The position numbers and the translations under genes are program-made. A model generated the notes under the pieces. It was not told the origin of the DNA, did no database searches, and worked only from the letters and a program-made list of their open reading frames with translations. Shown in pieces: positions 51,905 through 64,000 of a stretch of 64,000 nucleotides of DNA (its first letter is position 1; every line of letters begins with the position of its first letter). Source of the DNA: Ranitomeya imitator (Eukaryota). The stretch is from positions 549,258,001-549,322,000 of the forward strand of contig NC_091287.1 in NCBI RefSeq assembly GCF_032444005.1, in the 5' to 3' direction.

Positions 51905-54617
51905 TACATGCACTCAGTTCTGCTGACAGTGATCTTTTCCACCTGCCACATATACATGCACTCAGTTCTGCTGACAGTGATCTTTCCCACCTGCCACATA
52001 TACATGCACTCAGTTCTGCTGACAGTGATCTTTTCCACCTCCCACATATGCATGCACAGACACTGATCTTTTCCACCTCACACATATGCATGCACTCAGT
52101 TCTGCTGACACTGATCTTTTCCACCTCCCACATATACATGCACACTCAGTTCTGATGACAGTGATCTTTTCCACCTCCCACATATGCATGCACAGACACT
52201 GATCTTTTCCACCTCACACATATGCATGCACTCAGTTCTGCTGACACTGATCTTTTCCACCTCCCACATATACATGCACACTCAGTTCTGATGACACTGA
52301 TCTTTTCCACCTCACACATATGCATGCACAGACACTGATCTTTTCCACCTCCCACATATGAATGCACTCAGTTCTGCTGACACTGATCTTTTCTACCTCC
52401 CACATATACATGTACACTCAGTTCTGCTGACACTGATCTTTTCCACCTCACACATATACATGCACTCAGTTCTGCTGACACTGATCTTTTACACTTCCCA
52501 CATATACATGCACAGTCAGTTCTGCTGACAGTGATCTTTTCCACCTCCCACATATACATGTACACTCAGTTCTGCTGACAGTGATCTTTTCTACCTCCCA
52601 CATATACGTGCGCTCAGTTCTGCTGACAGTGATCTTTTCCACCTCCCGCATACACATGCACATTCACTTCTGCTGACAATGATCTTTTCTACCTCCCACA
52701 TACACATGCACACTCAGTTCTACGGACAGTGATCTTTTCCACCTCCCACATATACATGCACACTCAGTTCTGCTGACACTGATCTTTCCCACCTGCCACA
52801 TATACATGCACACTCAGTTCTGCTGACAGTGATCTTTCCCACCTGCCACATATACATGCACTCAGTTCTGCTGACAGTGATCTTTTCCACCTCCCACATA
52901 TGCATGCACAGACACTGATCTTTTCCACCTCACACATATGCATGCACTCAGTTCTGCTGACAGTGATCTTTTCCACCTCCCACATATACATGCACACTCA
53001 GTTCTGCTGACAGTGATCTTTTCCACCTGCCACATATACATGCACACTCAGTTCTGCTGACAGTGATCTTTCCCACCTGCCACATATACATGCACTCAGT
53101 TGTACTGATAGTGATCTTTTCTACCTCCCACATATACATGTACACTCAGTTCTGCTGACAGTGATCTTTTCATTCTCCCCAATACACATGCACACTCAGT
53201 TCTGCTGACAGCAATCTTTACCAACTCCCACATACACATGCACACTCAATTCTGCTAAAAACTAACTTTGCCACCTCCTACAAGCACATTCACTCTCAGC
53301 TCTGGTGATAGCAATTTTTTCCATCTCCAATATAGACATACATGCTCATTTCTGCTGAGATTCCACGTCCTACATGCACGCTCAGTTGTGCTGACACCCA
53401 TCTATTCCACACACATGCACGCTCAGCTCTGCCGATAGCCATTTTTTCCACCTTCAATATACACATGCACGCTCAGCTCTGTTGACAGTCATCATTTCTG
53501 ACTCCCTCATATAAAAGCACAATCAGTTCTACTATATGTAATATTTATGGGGAAAAAAGTAAGCTGCTGACACGGCTCTGGTGGCACCTGTGTCCAGGCA
53601 GAAGGAAAGGATTCAACATCCAACATCACATCCTCATCTTTCCCATCATCTATTCTTGAAGAAAAGTGGAGCGGCCACCATATACAGAGAGGGTCATGCT
53701 GGTCTTGGACTTCAGCTATAATCTGAAGTCCAAGGAGTCCTCATTTTTAATCCACGAAGGGATTAAAGGCATTAGGTATAGGGTTTGCATTTTTTAAGAA
53801 ATAGTGCCATCTTGTCCATCAGTTGCATCTGGTATTGCAGCTCAAACCCAAGTTTATTGCTATGGTTTATATTACCAAACACATCATATGGTCAGAAGTG
53901 GTATTATATCTGGGAAAAAAAACAGATTATAAGAGCTGTAGTCATTGGCCAGAACCACCACAATCACCTGATCGCCAAAAATGGCCATCTCTGTAGAAGA
54001 GGTTGCCTTTAAGAAAAAATACATTAAATCACAAATAAATAGGGAGACATCTGCATAGCACAGTAGGACAGGCTGTAAGTTTATGTTTCACATGCCATCC
54101 TGGGACTTGTAGTTGCACAGAATCCAAAGATGCTTCCCGCTGCTACATTAGATCCAGATACATGACTATGAACCTGTCAGGAGATCGATCTAGAAAAATA
54201 TACATGGAGCAAAGTACATGGCATCAGCGCGGCCGGCACATCGTTAAGCCATTTACGAGAACATCCGATTGTCGGCGAAATGGAAATTCAAATATTTTCC
54301 CAAAGCAACAAAGAAAAAAAATATCAGCAGAGAGCAAATACGCCTGTCACCGGAGCCGCGTGTCCTGTCGGAGAAAATGGCTGTAATTTGGAGGTATATT
54401 CACGGCGTCATTGCACTAATCTCCTGATAACAGGTTTCTAAAGCAAAAGGATGGAATAATTTAGGAGCCCGAGTTCTCGTACAAACATCACGGAGAAGAA
54501 CAGTCTGTGACTGCAGCGAACAACCCGAGAGCAGGTGTTATAGCGAGGAAAAGGCAAATTAATGTGTGAGCCGTCTCTCATCTACCTGCTGTAGGACTAT
54601 ATCACTGCAAAACAGGG

Positions 54618-56206
54618 ATGAGAGAAGGATAAAATGATAGAAAGAGAGAAGAGTAAAAGGATAGAAAGATAGAAGGGTAAAAGGATAGAAAGAGAAAAGG
54701 GTAAAAGGATAGAAAGAGAAAAGGGTAAAAGGATAGAACGAGAAAAGGGTAAAAAGATAGAAAGAGAAAAGGGTAAAAGGATAGAAAAAGAAGGGTAAAA
54801 GGATAGAGAGAGAGAAGGGTAAATGGATAGAAAGAGAGAAGGGTAACAGGATAGAAAGAGAAGGACAAAAGGATAGAAAGAGAAAAGGGTAAAAGGAAAG
54901 AAAGAGAAGGACAAAAGGATAGAAAGAGAGAAGAGTAAAAGGATAGAAAGAGAGAAGGGTAAAAGGATAGAAACAGAAGGGTAAAAGGATACAAAGAGAA
55001 GGGTAAAAGGATAGAAACAGAAGGGTAAAAGGATAGAAAGAGAAGGGTAAAAGGATACAAAGAGAAGGGTAAAAGGATAGAAAGAGAGAAGAGTAAAAGG
55101 ATAGAAAGAGAAAAGGGTAAAAGGATAGAAAGAGAAAAGGGTAAAAGGATAGAAAGAGAAAAGGGTAAAAGGATAGAAAGAGAAAAGGGTAAAAGGATAG
55201 AAAGAGAAAAGGGTAAAAGGATAGAAAGAGAAAAGGGTAAAAGGATAGAAAGAGAAAAGGGTAAAAGGATAGAAAGAGAAAAGGGTAAAAGGATAGAAAG
55301 AGAAAAGGGTAAAAGGATAGAAAGAGAAAAGGGTAAAAGGATAGAAAGAGAAAAGGGTAAAAGGATAGAAAGAGAAAAGGGTAAAAGGATAGAAAGAGAA
55401 AAGGGTAAAAGGATAGAAAAAGAAGGGTAAAAGGATAGAGAGAGAGAAGGGTAAACGGATAGAAAGAGAGAAGGGTAAAAGGATAGAAAGAGAAGGACAA
55501 AAGGATAGAAAGAGAAAAGGGTAAAAGGAAAGAAAGAGAAGGACAAAAGGATAGAAAGAGAGAAGAGTAAAAGGATAGAAAGAGAAGAGTAAAAGGATAG
55601 AAAGAGAGAAGGGTAAAAGGATAGAAAGAAAAGGGTAAAAGGATAGAAAGAGAAGGGTAAAAGGATAGAAAGAGAAGGGTAAAAGGAGAGAAAGAGAATG
55701 GTAAAAGGCTAGAGAGAGAGAAGGGTAAAAGGAAAGAAAGAGAAGGGTAAAAGGATAGAGAGAGAGAAGAGTAAAAGGATAGAAAGAGAAGGATAAAAGG
55801 ATAGAAAGCGAAAAGGGTAAAAGGAAAGAAAGAGAAAGGGGTAAAAGGATAGAAAGAGAGAAGGGTAAAAGGATAGAAAGAGAAGGGTAAAAAAATAGAA
55901 AGAGAAGGGTAAAAGGATAGAGAGAGAGAAGAGTAAAAGGATAGAAAGAGAGAAGGGTAAAAGGATAGAAAGAGAGAAGTGTAAAAGGATAGAAAGAGAG
56001 AAGGGTAAAAGGATAGAAAGAGAAGAGTAAAAGGATAGAAAGAGAAGGGTAAAAGGACAGAAAGAGAAGAGTAAAAGGATAGAAAAGAGAAGAGTAAAAG
56101 GATAGAAAGAGAGAAGGATAGAGAGAGAGAAGTATAAAAGGATAGAAAGAGAGAAGGATAGAAAGAGAGAAGTGTAAAAGGATAGAGAGACAAGGGTAAA
56201 AGGATA
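54618..56206. repeat. Polypurine simple-sequence array, 22-24-bp unit AAAAGGATAGAAAGAGA(AA)AGGGT
   Basis: Plus strand is roughly 90% A/G. Source of the spurious L/S/F/Y/P-rich ORFs. Confidence 0.97.
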
Positions 56207-56214
56207 CATGGAAT

Positions 56215-57822
56215 GATAAATAATAGAAAGATAATAGATAGATAATAGATAGATGATAAATAGATAATATATAGATAGATAATTGATAGATAGATAATAG
56301 ATAGATAATAAATCTATAATATAAGGCTGGGAGCGTCACTCTGTCCGAAGCCTTTATAGACTGCGCAAGCGCCGGCGTAGTCTGGACCCCACAGGGTGAC
56401 GCTCCCAGGAGATCGCGGTATGCGTAAGCACTGAACGCACACCACGATCTCCAATGGATAGCAGGGACGCACCAGGAGGGTGAGTATGAGCTATATTCAC
56501 CTGTCTGTCCCGTTCCAGCGCTGCGTGCCGCTCTCTTCCGGGTCCTCTGCCTGTGACGTTCACAGTTCAAAGGGCGCGATGACGCGCTTAATGCGCGCCA
56601 CCGTCTGACTGAACAGTCACAGCCAGAGGACCCGGAAGAGAGCGGCACGCAGTGCTGGAACGGGACAGACAGGTGAATATAGCAAGTGTCTGGGGCCTGA
56701 GCTAGTGGCGATACCGGCACCTGACCCCCACAGCGCGCCGGTGTCCCCGCCTGCTCAGGCCCCCCAGCACTCGGCGCCCAGCGACGATAGGTGAGTATGG
56801 TATTTTTTTTTTATATATCGCAGCAGCATACGGGGCATATACTATGGAGCATCTTATGGGGCCATCAACCATAATGGAGCAGTGTACGGGGGCATATACT
56901 ATGGAGCATCTTATGGGGGTTATAAACCTTTATGGAACAGCGTACGGGGCATACACTATGGAGCATCTTATGGGGCCATCAACCTTTATAGAGCAGTGTA
57001 CGGGGGCCATATATCTTTATGGAGCAGTGTACGGGGGCATATAATATAGAGCATCTTATGGGGGCCATCAACCTTTATGGAGCAGTGTACGGGGCATATA
57101 CTATGGAGCATCTTATGGGGGCCATAAACCTCTATGGAGCAGCATATGGGGCATATGGATGGGAGCAGCAAATTAAAGAATGGTGGCGCAGGATGGGAGC
57201 AGCACATGACAGAACGGGGGCGCAGGATGGCAGCAGCACATGACAGAACGGGGGCGCAGGATGGGAGCAGCACATGACAGGATGGGGGCGCAGGATGGGA
57301 GCAGCAAATGACAGAATGGAGGCGCAGGATGGGTGCAGCACATGTCAGAATGGAGGCGCAGGATGGGTGCAGCACATGTCAGAATGGGGGCGCAGGATGG
57401 GAGCAGCACATGTCAGAATGGGGGCGCAGGATGGGAGCAGCACATGTCAGAATGGGAGCGCAGGATGGGAGCAGCACATGTCAGAATGGGGGCGCAGGAT
57501 GGAGCAGCACATGTCAGAATGGGGGCGCAGGATGGAGCAGCACATGTCAGAATGGGGGCGCAGGATGGGAGCAGCACATGACAGAACAGGGGCGCAGGAT
57601 GGGAGCAGCACATGACAGGATGGGGGTGCAGGATGGAGCAGCTCATGACAGGATGGGGACGCAGGATGCAGCAGCACATACCAGGATGGAGACAAATATA
57701 CCAATATAAATGCTCGCCACCCGGGCGTAGAATGGGTTCAATAGCTAGTAGATAATATATAGATAGATAATATATAGATGATAAATAGATAATAGATAGA
57801 TAATATATAGATAGATGATAGA
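56215..57822. repeat. Degenerate (GATA)n microsatellite split by a Helitron-like element
   Basis: tagataatagatagat... at 56215-56312 and 57749-57822. Confidence 0.85.
56313..57748 (+). mobile_element. Non-autonomous Helitron (1436 bp)
   Basis: 5' a|TCTATAATATAA, 3' GC hairpin CGCC-ACCCG-GGCG followed by CTAG|t. Inserted between A and T with no TSD. Contains internal hairpins and two internal tandem arrays (~56830-57140 and ~57180-57670). Confidence 0.8.
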
Positions 57823-58164
57823 TAACAATGATCGGTTTTCTTGTTCCCTCTCCTGTGACATACGACTGCCTCTGGAAATCCAGTGAATATCAGGAGGGTC
57901 CTCGCCGACCATGGCGTCATCTCCTGTTCTCTCTGAAATATGTCCGTGCCCGCCGGCTGGAGAACTGCACAGTGAAAGTGACACATTTCTCCGCTGCCAA
58001 AAGACATTTCAATCTGAGAGAAAGAAGTATGACACGTCTGGGGACAATCACAATATACACAGGAGCAGGGGACACATGGAAGAGCAAAGTGATCCGGTAC
58101 CGGGGGGCCGACTGCTGGCACAGAGAAAAACACATCCTGCCATAACACACCATATCTATGAACC

Positions 58165-60630
58165 GACAACCCCGAGTGTCAGTGTCATTATCCTGTACCC
58201 CGAGTGTCAGTATCATCATCCTGTACCCCGAGTATCAGTATCATCATCCTGCACCCCGAGTGTCAGTATCATCATCCTGCACCCCGAGTGTCAGCGTCAT
58301 CATCCTGCACCCCGAGTGTCAGCGTCATCATCCTGCACCCCGAGTGTCAGCGTCATTATCCTGCACCCCGAGTGTCAGTGTCATTATCCTGCACCCCGAG
58401 TGTCAGCGTCATTATCCTGCACCCCGAGTGTCAGCGTCATTATCCTGCACCCCGAGTGTCAGCGTCATTATCCTGCACCCCGAGTGTCAGTGTCATTATC
58501 CTGCACCCCGAGTGTCAGTGTCATTATCCTGTACCCCCAGTGTCAGTGTCATTATCCTGTACCCCCAGTGTCAGTGTCATTATCCTGTACCCCCAGTGTC
58601 AGTGTCATTATCCTGCACCCCGAGTGTCAGTGTCATTATCCTTCACCCCGAGTGTCAGCGTCATTATCCTGCACCCCGAGTGTCAGTGTCATTATCCTGT
58701 ACCCCCAGTGTCAGCGTCATTATCCTGTACCCCCAGTGTCAGTGTCATTATCCTGTACCCCCAGTGTCAGTGTCATTATCCTGTACCCCGAGTGTCAGTG
58801 TCATTATCCTGTACCCCCAGTGTCAGTGTCATTATCCTGTACCCCGAGTGTCAGTGTCATTATCCTGTACCCCCAGTGTCAGTGTCATTATCCTGTACCC
58901 CCAGTGTCAGTGTCATTATCCTGTACCCCGCGTGTCAGTGTCATTATCCTGCACCCCGCGTGTCAGTGTCATTATCCTGCACCCCGAGTGTCAGTGTCAT
59001 TATCCTGCACCCCGAGTGTCAGCGTCATTATCCTGCACCCCGAGTGTCAGCGTCATTATCCTGCACCCCGAGTGTCAGTGTCATTATCCTGCACCCCGAG
59101 TGTCAGCGTCATTATCCTGCACCCCGAGTGTCAGTGTCATTATCCTGCACCCCGAGCGTCAGTGTCATTATCCTGTACCCCGAGTGTCAGTGCCATTATC
59201 CTGTACCCCCAGTGTCAGTGTCATTATCCTGTACCCCGCGTGTCAGTGTCATTATCCTGTACCCCGAGTGTCAGTGTCATTATCCTGCACCCCGAGTGTC
59301 AGCGTCATTATCCTGCACCCCGAGTGTCAGTGTCATTATCCTGCACCCCGAGTGTCAGCGTCATTATCCTGCACCCCGAGTGTCAGTGTCATTATCCTGC
59401 ACCCCGAGCGTCAGTGTCATTATCCTGTACCCCGAGTGTCAGTGCCATTATCCTGTACCCCCAGTGTCAGTGTCATTATCCTGTACCCCGCGTGTCAGTG
59501 TCATTATCCTGTACCCCGAGTGTCAGTGTCATTATCCTGCACCCCGAGCGTCAGTGTCATTATCCTGTACCCCGAGTGTCAGTGTCATTATCCTGTACCC
59601 CCAGTGTCAGTGTCATTATCCTGTACCCCCAGTGTCAGTGTCATTATCCTGTACCCCGAGTGTCAGTGTCATTATCCTGTACCCCCAGTGTCAGTGTCAT
59701 TATCCTGTACCCCCAGTGTCAGTGTCATTATCCTGTACCCCCAGTGTCAGTGTCATTATCCTGTACCCCGAGTGTCAGTGTCATTATCATGTACCCCCAG
59801 TGTCAGTGTCATTATCCTGTACCCCCAGTGTCAGTGTCATTATCCTGTACCCCCAGTGTCAGTGTCATTATCCTGCACCCCGAGTGTCAGCGTCATTATC
59901 CTGCACCCCGAGTGTCAGCGTCATTATCCTGCACCCTGAGTGTCAGTGTCATTATCCTGCACCCCGAGTGTCAGTGTCATTATCCTGCACCCCGAGTGTC
60001 AGTGTCATTATCCTGCACCCTGAGTGTCAGTGTCATTATCCTTCACCCCGAGTGTCAGCGTCATTATCCTGCACCCCGAGTGTCAGTGTCATTATCCTGT
60101 ACCCCCAGTGTCAGTGTCATTATCCTGTACCCCCAGTGTCAGTGTCATTATCCTGTACCCCCAGTGTCAGTGTCATTATCCTGTACCCCGAGTGTCAGTG
60201 TCATTATCATGTACCCCCAGTGTCAGTGTCATTATCCTGTACCCCGAGTGTCATCATCCTGTACCCCGAGTGTTAGCATCATTATCCTGTACCCCGAGTG
60301 TCAGTGTCATTATCCTGCACCCCGAGTGTCAGTGTCATTATCCTGTACCCCGAGTGTCAGTGTCATTATCCTGCACCCCGAGTGTCAGTGTCATTATCCT
60401 GTACCCCGAGTGTCAGTGTCATTATCCTGCACCCCGAGTGTCAGTGTCATTATCCTGCACCCCGAGTGTCAGTGTCATTATCCTGTACCCCGAGTGTCAG
60501 TGTCATTATCCTGTACCCCGAGTGTCAGTGTCATTATCCTGTACCCCGAGTGTCAGTGTCATTATCCTGTACCCCCAGTGTCAGTGTCATAATCCTGTAC
60601 CCCGAGTGTCATCATCTTGTACCCCAAGTG
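58165..60630. repeat. Minisatellite, 28-bp unit CCCCGAGTGTCAGTGTCATTATCCTG(C/T)A
   Basis: Directly visible, about 88 copies. Stop-free in all three plus frames, hence the long 28-aa-periodic ORFs. Confidence 0.97.
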
Positions 60631-61765
60631 TCAGTTTCCTTATCTTGGCATCCTTCAGAGATCATTCTGGGTGGCTTTATTATATTCAGGGGCCACTATT
60701 TTACAGAGGGAACAGTGTGTGACATCACTATTTTAATAAGTCCCAATATGTGGCGTTACTATTTTTGGAGCGAGCGCAGGTACAAATACGAATATTCATA
60801 ATCTAGTAATCCAGTGTGAAATTCTGGGCCACGGGAAGTCACAAAATCACAAACATTTGGAAAATGTCTAGGATAAGATTTATATATGTGCTATTTTATA
60901 TATACACTTGTTTTTTGTGTCGCGTGACACCGCTGGCATTTTGCATGCACTTTGTGCAGGGAGCCTCCGTTTAATATCTGAATCTTCGAATTTGTGCCAT
61001 TGTTCTGAGATATTCCAGGAATCCTCGTATAAGTACGAGCCGCTCCATAATAAAACATACTGCACGTTTAAAACCATTTCCAAATGTGCAAACTGATGAA
61101 TTTGGAATAATGCACAAAGTCTAAGTATCACACCCACGTGAGTGGTCATCACAGGACCTGCTCCCCGCGTAGGGCCACAGGCGGGCTCTGCTTATTTTGG
61201 TGGAGGAGAAGGACTCTTTGTGACAATATTATTTGCAAAGCCCGGAAGGAGCAGTGCACAATACCACAACCACGGCCGCAGCACAATTATAGGATATAAT
61301 GGAAAGACAAACACCGTGGATCAGTTTATCAAAACCAAACAGGAGAAACTAATAACCCTGGAACACAACGAGCTCTGATCATCTCTGCGAGCAAGTAATA
61401 TCCCAGAGCCATTGTGCCGGGAAGAGCTGCCAAGCTGTGGACAAAAAGCACATTCTGCGCCTGTAGAGGAGAAGTGACAATGCTTATTACTGTTCAACTA
61501 TTAATCACTGGATAAAGGACAATGGGAAGAGATTCATCTTGGAGGAAAGAAACATCAGACGAGTCTACAAGCAAAAATATCTTACTCCTCCAGGACTTCC
61601 TCTTTCCCTTTCCAAGGATTTAATTCTTGATGTCTTATAAGATCCCAAAATTCATACTAGTAGTAACTTTCCATACAAAAGCAGGAGTCTACGGGCGACG
61701 TATTATTCCTACATAGGAGCTTTTTGTAGAAATTACACAGCTCAAATTTAATCTGCTAGGACAGT

Positions 61766-62512
61766 CCACTCAAAGTCAACTATCCATCATCAGGACTGAA
61801 AGTGGTGGCGCCAATCATGATCCCAGGCAGATTGAGGACTGTCCACTCAAAGCCAACTCTATCCATCATCAAGACTGAAAGTGGAGATGGTGGCTCTAGT
61901 TATGATCCCAGGCAGATTGAAGACTGTCCACTCAGAAAAAACTATCTCCAACATCAAGATTGAAAGTGGAGGTGGTGGCTCCAATTATGATCCCAGGCAG
62001 ATAGAGGACAGTCCACCCAAAGCCAACTCTATCCATCATCAGGACTGAAAGTGGAGGTGGTGCCTCCAATTATGATCCCAGGCAGATTGAGGACTGTCCA
62101 CTCAAAGCCAACTCTTACCATCATCAAGACTGAAAGTGGAGGTGGTGGCAGCAATCATAATCCCAGGCAGATTGAGGACAGTCCACTCAAAGCCAACTTT
62201 AACCATCATCAAGACAGAAAGTCGAGGTGGTGGCTCCAATTATGATTCCAGGCAGATTGAGGACTATCCACTCAAAGCCAATTCTATCCATCATCAAGAC
62301 GGAAAGTGGAGGTGGTGGCTCCAATTACGACACCAGGCAGATTGAGGACAGTACATTCAAAGCCAACGCTATCCATCATCAAGACTGAAAGTGGAGGTGG
62401 TGGCTCCAATTACGACACCAGGCAGATTGAGGACAGTACATTCAAAGCCAACGCTATCCATCATCAAGACTGAAAGTGGAGGTGGTAGCTCCAATCATGA
62501 TCCCAGGCAGAT
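61766..62512. repeat. Tandem array, ~85-bp unit (CCACTCAAAGCCAACTCTATCCATCATCAAGACTGAAAGTGGAGGTGGTGGCTCCAATTATGATCCCAGGCAGATTGAGGACAGT)
   Basis: About 9 diverged copies. Confidence 0.93.
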
Positions 62513-64000
62513 TTCCTAACTGGGAATCTAGGAAAACATTGATGGACTATGATAGAGGGTTTGAGGGGAAAAGTTGAATTTCAGAAGGGAAAAACTGAAG
62601 AGTTGTCAGTAAAAGGAAAGAAAGGAGAATTTGTAAGCCAGAAATAAAGGTGCTGAGTTAATCATACACTTCAGATAGCAGTTGGCCAAAATACTCGGTC
62701 ATCAAACAACTATTCCTTTTAACCCCCATAGTATGCACGCTCTGCCAAGAAAGAACAGAATAAACCTCTGTCAGTAGATTATCCCATGCAAGAACAAAAG
62801 GATTCAGTGTGTTAAAATTTCTCATGTCCAATCCTTTGATCCCCGAACATCGTCAATCTGAAGAAAGTCAGGGCACACCAATACTATGAGATGGTCATCC
62901 GGTTCTAAGGAATTAGGCCAACTTTTATCTCATTTCTATGATCACCTTTAAATTAGACAAGTCAAGGTATACTGATAAACGAAAGTAGATGATAATATAT
63001 TTTTAGGTGGCCACCCAAGAATACCAGGTCTGTCCACATTGAGGGTCCATGATACCAAGCCATAAAATGCAATGTCACCCGAGCTATTAATGTACAATGT
63101 ATGGCCAGATTAAGGTAACAATCTGATTCTACTTATGTGACAGTAGTGAGAAAACTACTAATATTTAGCAATTCCTAAGGAATTTAAAGTGGTGGAAAAG
63201 TGTTTGTGATGACATAAGGAATATTTTGGATAAAAAATATTTACAAAAAAACCATAGGGACAAAAAAAGTGGGCAAAGGTGATTAGCGTACAAGAGCCTT
63301 AAGGTTTAAGGCAGGAATCATATATCCATGTGTTGTGGTCCGTGTATGTACCCCAGATGCACAGACTGGACCGGCCGAGGGTCTCCTCATCTGAACTTGC
63401 CAGCCTTGCATATGGCTGCTGAGTTTGGGTCAAGAGACCTGCGGCCGATCTGCGCATCACTGACCCAGGGATGTGTGAATGCAGCTTACCTGTAATTTCG
63501 CAAAACTTCATACAGACACAGCAGAGGTTTTGATTGGTCCAAGAGCTAAGACTCCAATGATCACTTAAATGAGGATCAGAAGCACCCAGCCGAACACTGC
63601 TGTCCGACAAGACTTTGAAGAAAGGTTCAGTCAAAGAAGTCCGCCTCCAGTCTTGGCACAGTGCAGCATTTGATCGGTGGGGGTCTCAGCATCTGGCATC
63701 CTACAGATCAAAACTTCTGACACTTCTCTTCTTCTGATGTAAAAAGTTTTGGTCACACCTTGAGAATATGCATTAAACTTTATGGAAAATGCAAAAATAA
63801 GACTACAAAATGCAGTATGTCAGCTGCGGAGCACAATGTAATACCGTAGTGGGTAGTGAGCCTACACTGCCTGTGTCGTAGTAGGGTGTCTATTAACATT
63901 GAGTGGGAACAATGGGGCTGCATAAATTGTGCAGAAAATGCTACTGATACAATAGGCTGTTGTCCGTCAAGGTGGCGAATGCTACATCTGTACAGGAACA

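Larger units (their letters stand above)
47690..53490. repeat. Minisatellite, 48-50-bp unit CACTCAGTTCTGCTGACAGTGATCTTTTCCACCTCCCACATATACATG(CA) with ~38-bp short variants, interrupted by two Tc1 elements
   Basis: The array resumes in register after 49896 and after 51904, and decays at both ends. Confidence 0.96.
6377..64000 (-). other. TRAPPC9: Large TRAPPC9 intron (5' of the penultimate exon), extending beyond the window
   Basis: No sequence resembling the preceding TRAPPC9 exon (..LEHLQLAPLQW) was seen. The orthologous human intron is very long. Inference from absence. Confidence 0.75.

Noticed and set aside
54559-56720. ORFs of 544, 707, 314 and 166 aa rich in L/S/F/Y/P
   Set aside because: They are translations of the pyrimidine strand of a simple repeat, which lacks stop codons by composition.
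57911-60801. ORFs of 893, 690 and 593 aa, Cys/Pro/Ser/Val-rich
   Set aside because: All three frames of a stop-free 28-bp minisatellite give the same 28-aa cycle. No domain or splice support.
63299-63634. Candidate upstream TRAPPC9 exon (minus ORF with a CAG|GTAAG site at ~63488)
   Set aside because: No frame resembles the expected TRAPPC9 sequence.

Overview
Eukaryotic, vertebrate DNA, most likely a frog (inferred from repeat families I recognise, not from a search). The last two coding exons of TRAPPC9 lie on the minus strand (6153-6376 and 4309-4488). I found no further TRAPPC9 exon upstream, so 6377-64000 appears to be one very large intron. About 23 kb, roughly a third of the window, is made of a dozen tandem-repeat arrays. 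The rest includes Tc1/mariner transposons (one with an uninterrupted 340-aa DD34E transposase and near-identical ~205-bp IR/DR ends), a hAT MITE, two palindromic Harbinger-like MITEs, a V-SINE, a solo LTR plus a second LTR candidate, and a non-autonomous Helitron. The most unusual object is a 467-bp insertion (49006-49472) inside a dead Tc1. It is flanked by a 15-bp target duplication and contains a ~347-bp spacer-less palindrome whose arms each hold a hammerhead-ribozyme-like fold with a non-canonical core, a poly(A) signal and a splice donor. This fits an inverted Penelope-like pseudo-LTR. Nearly all long ORFs in the supplied track are artefacts of tandem repeats. No databases were searched, so family names are by recognition.
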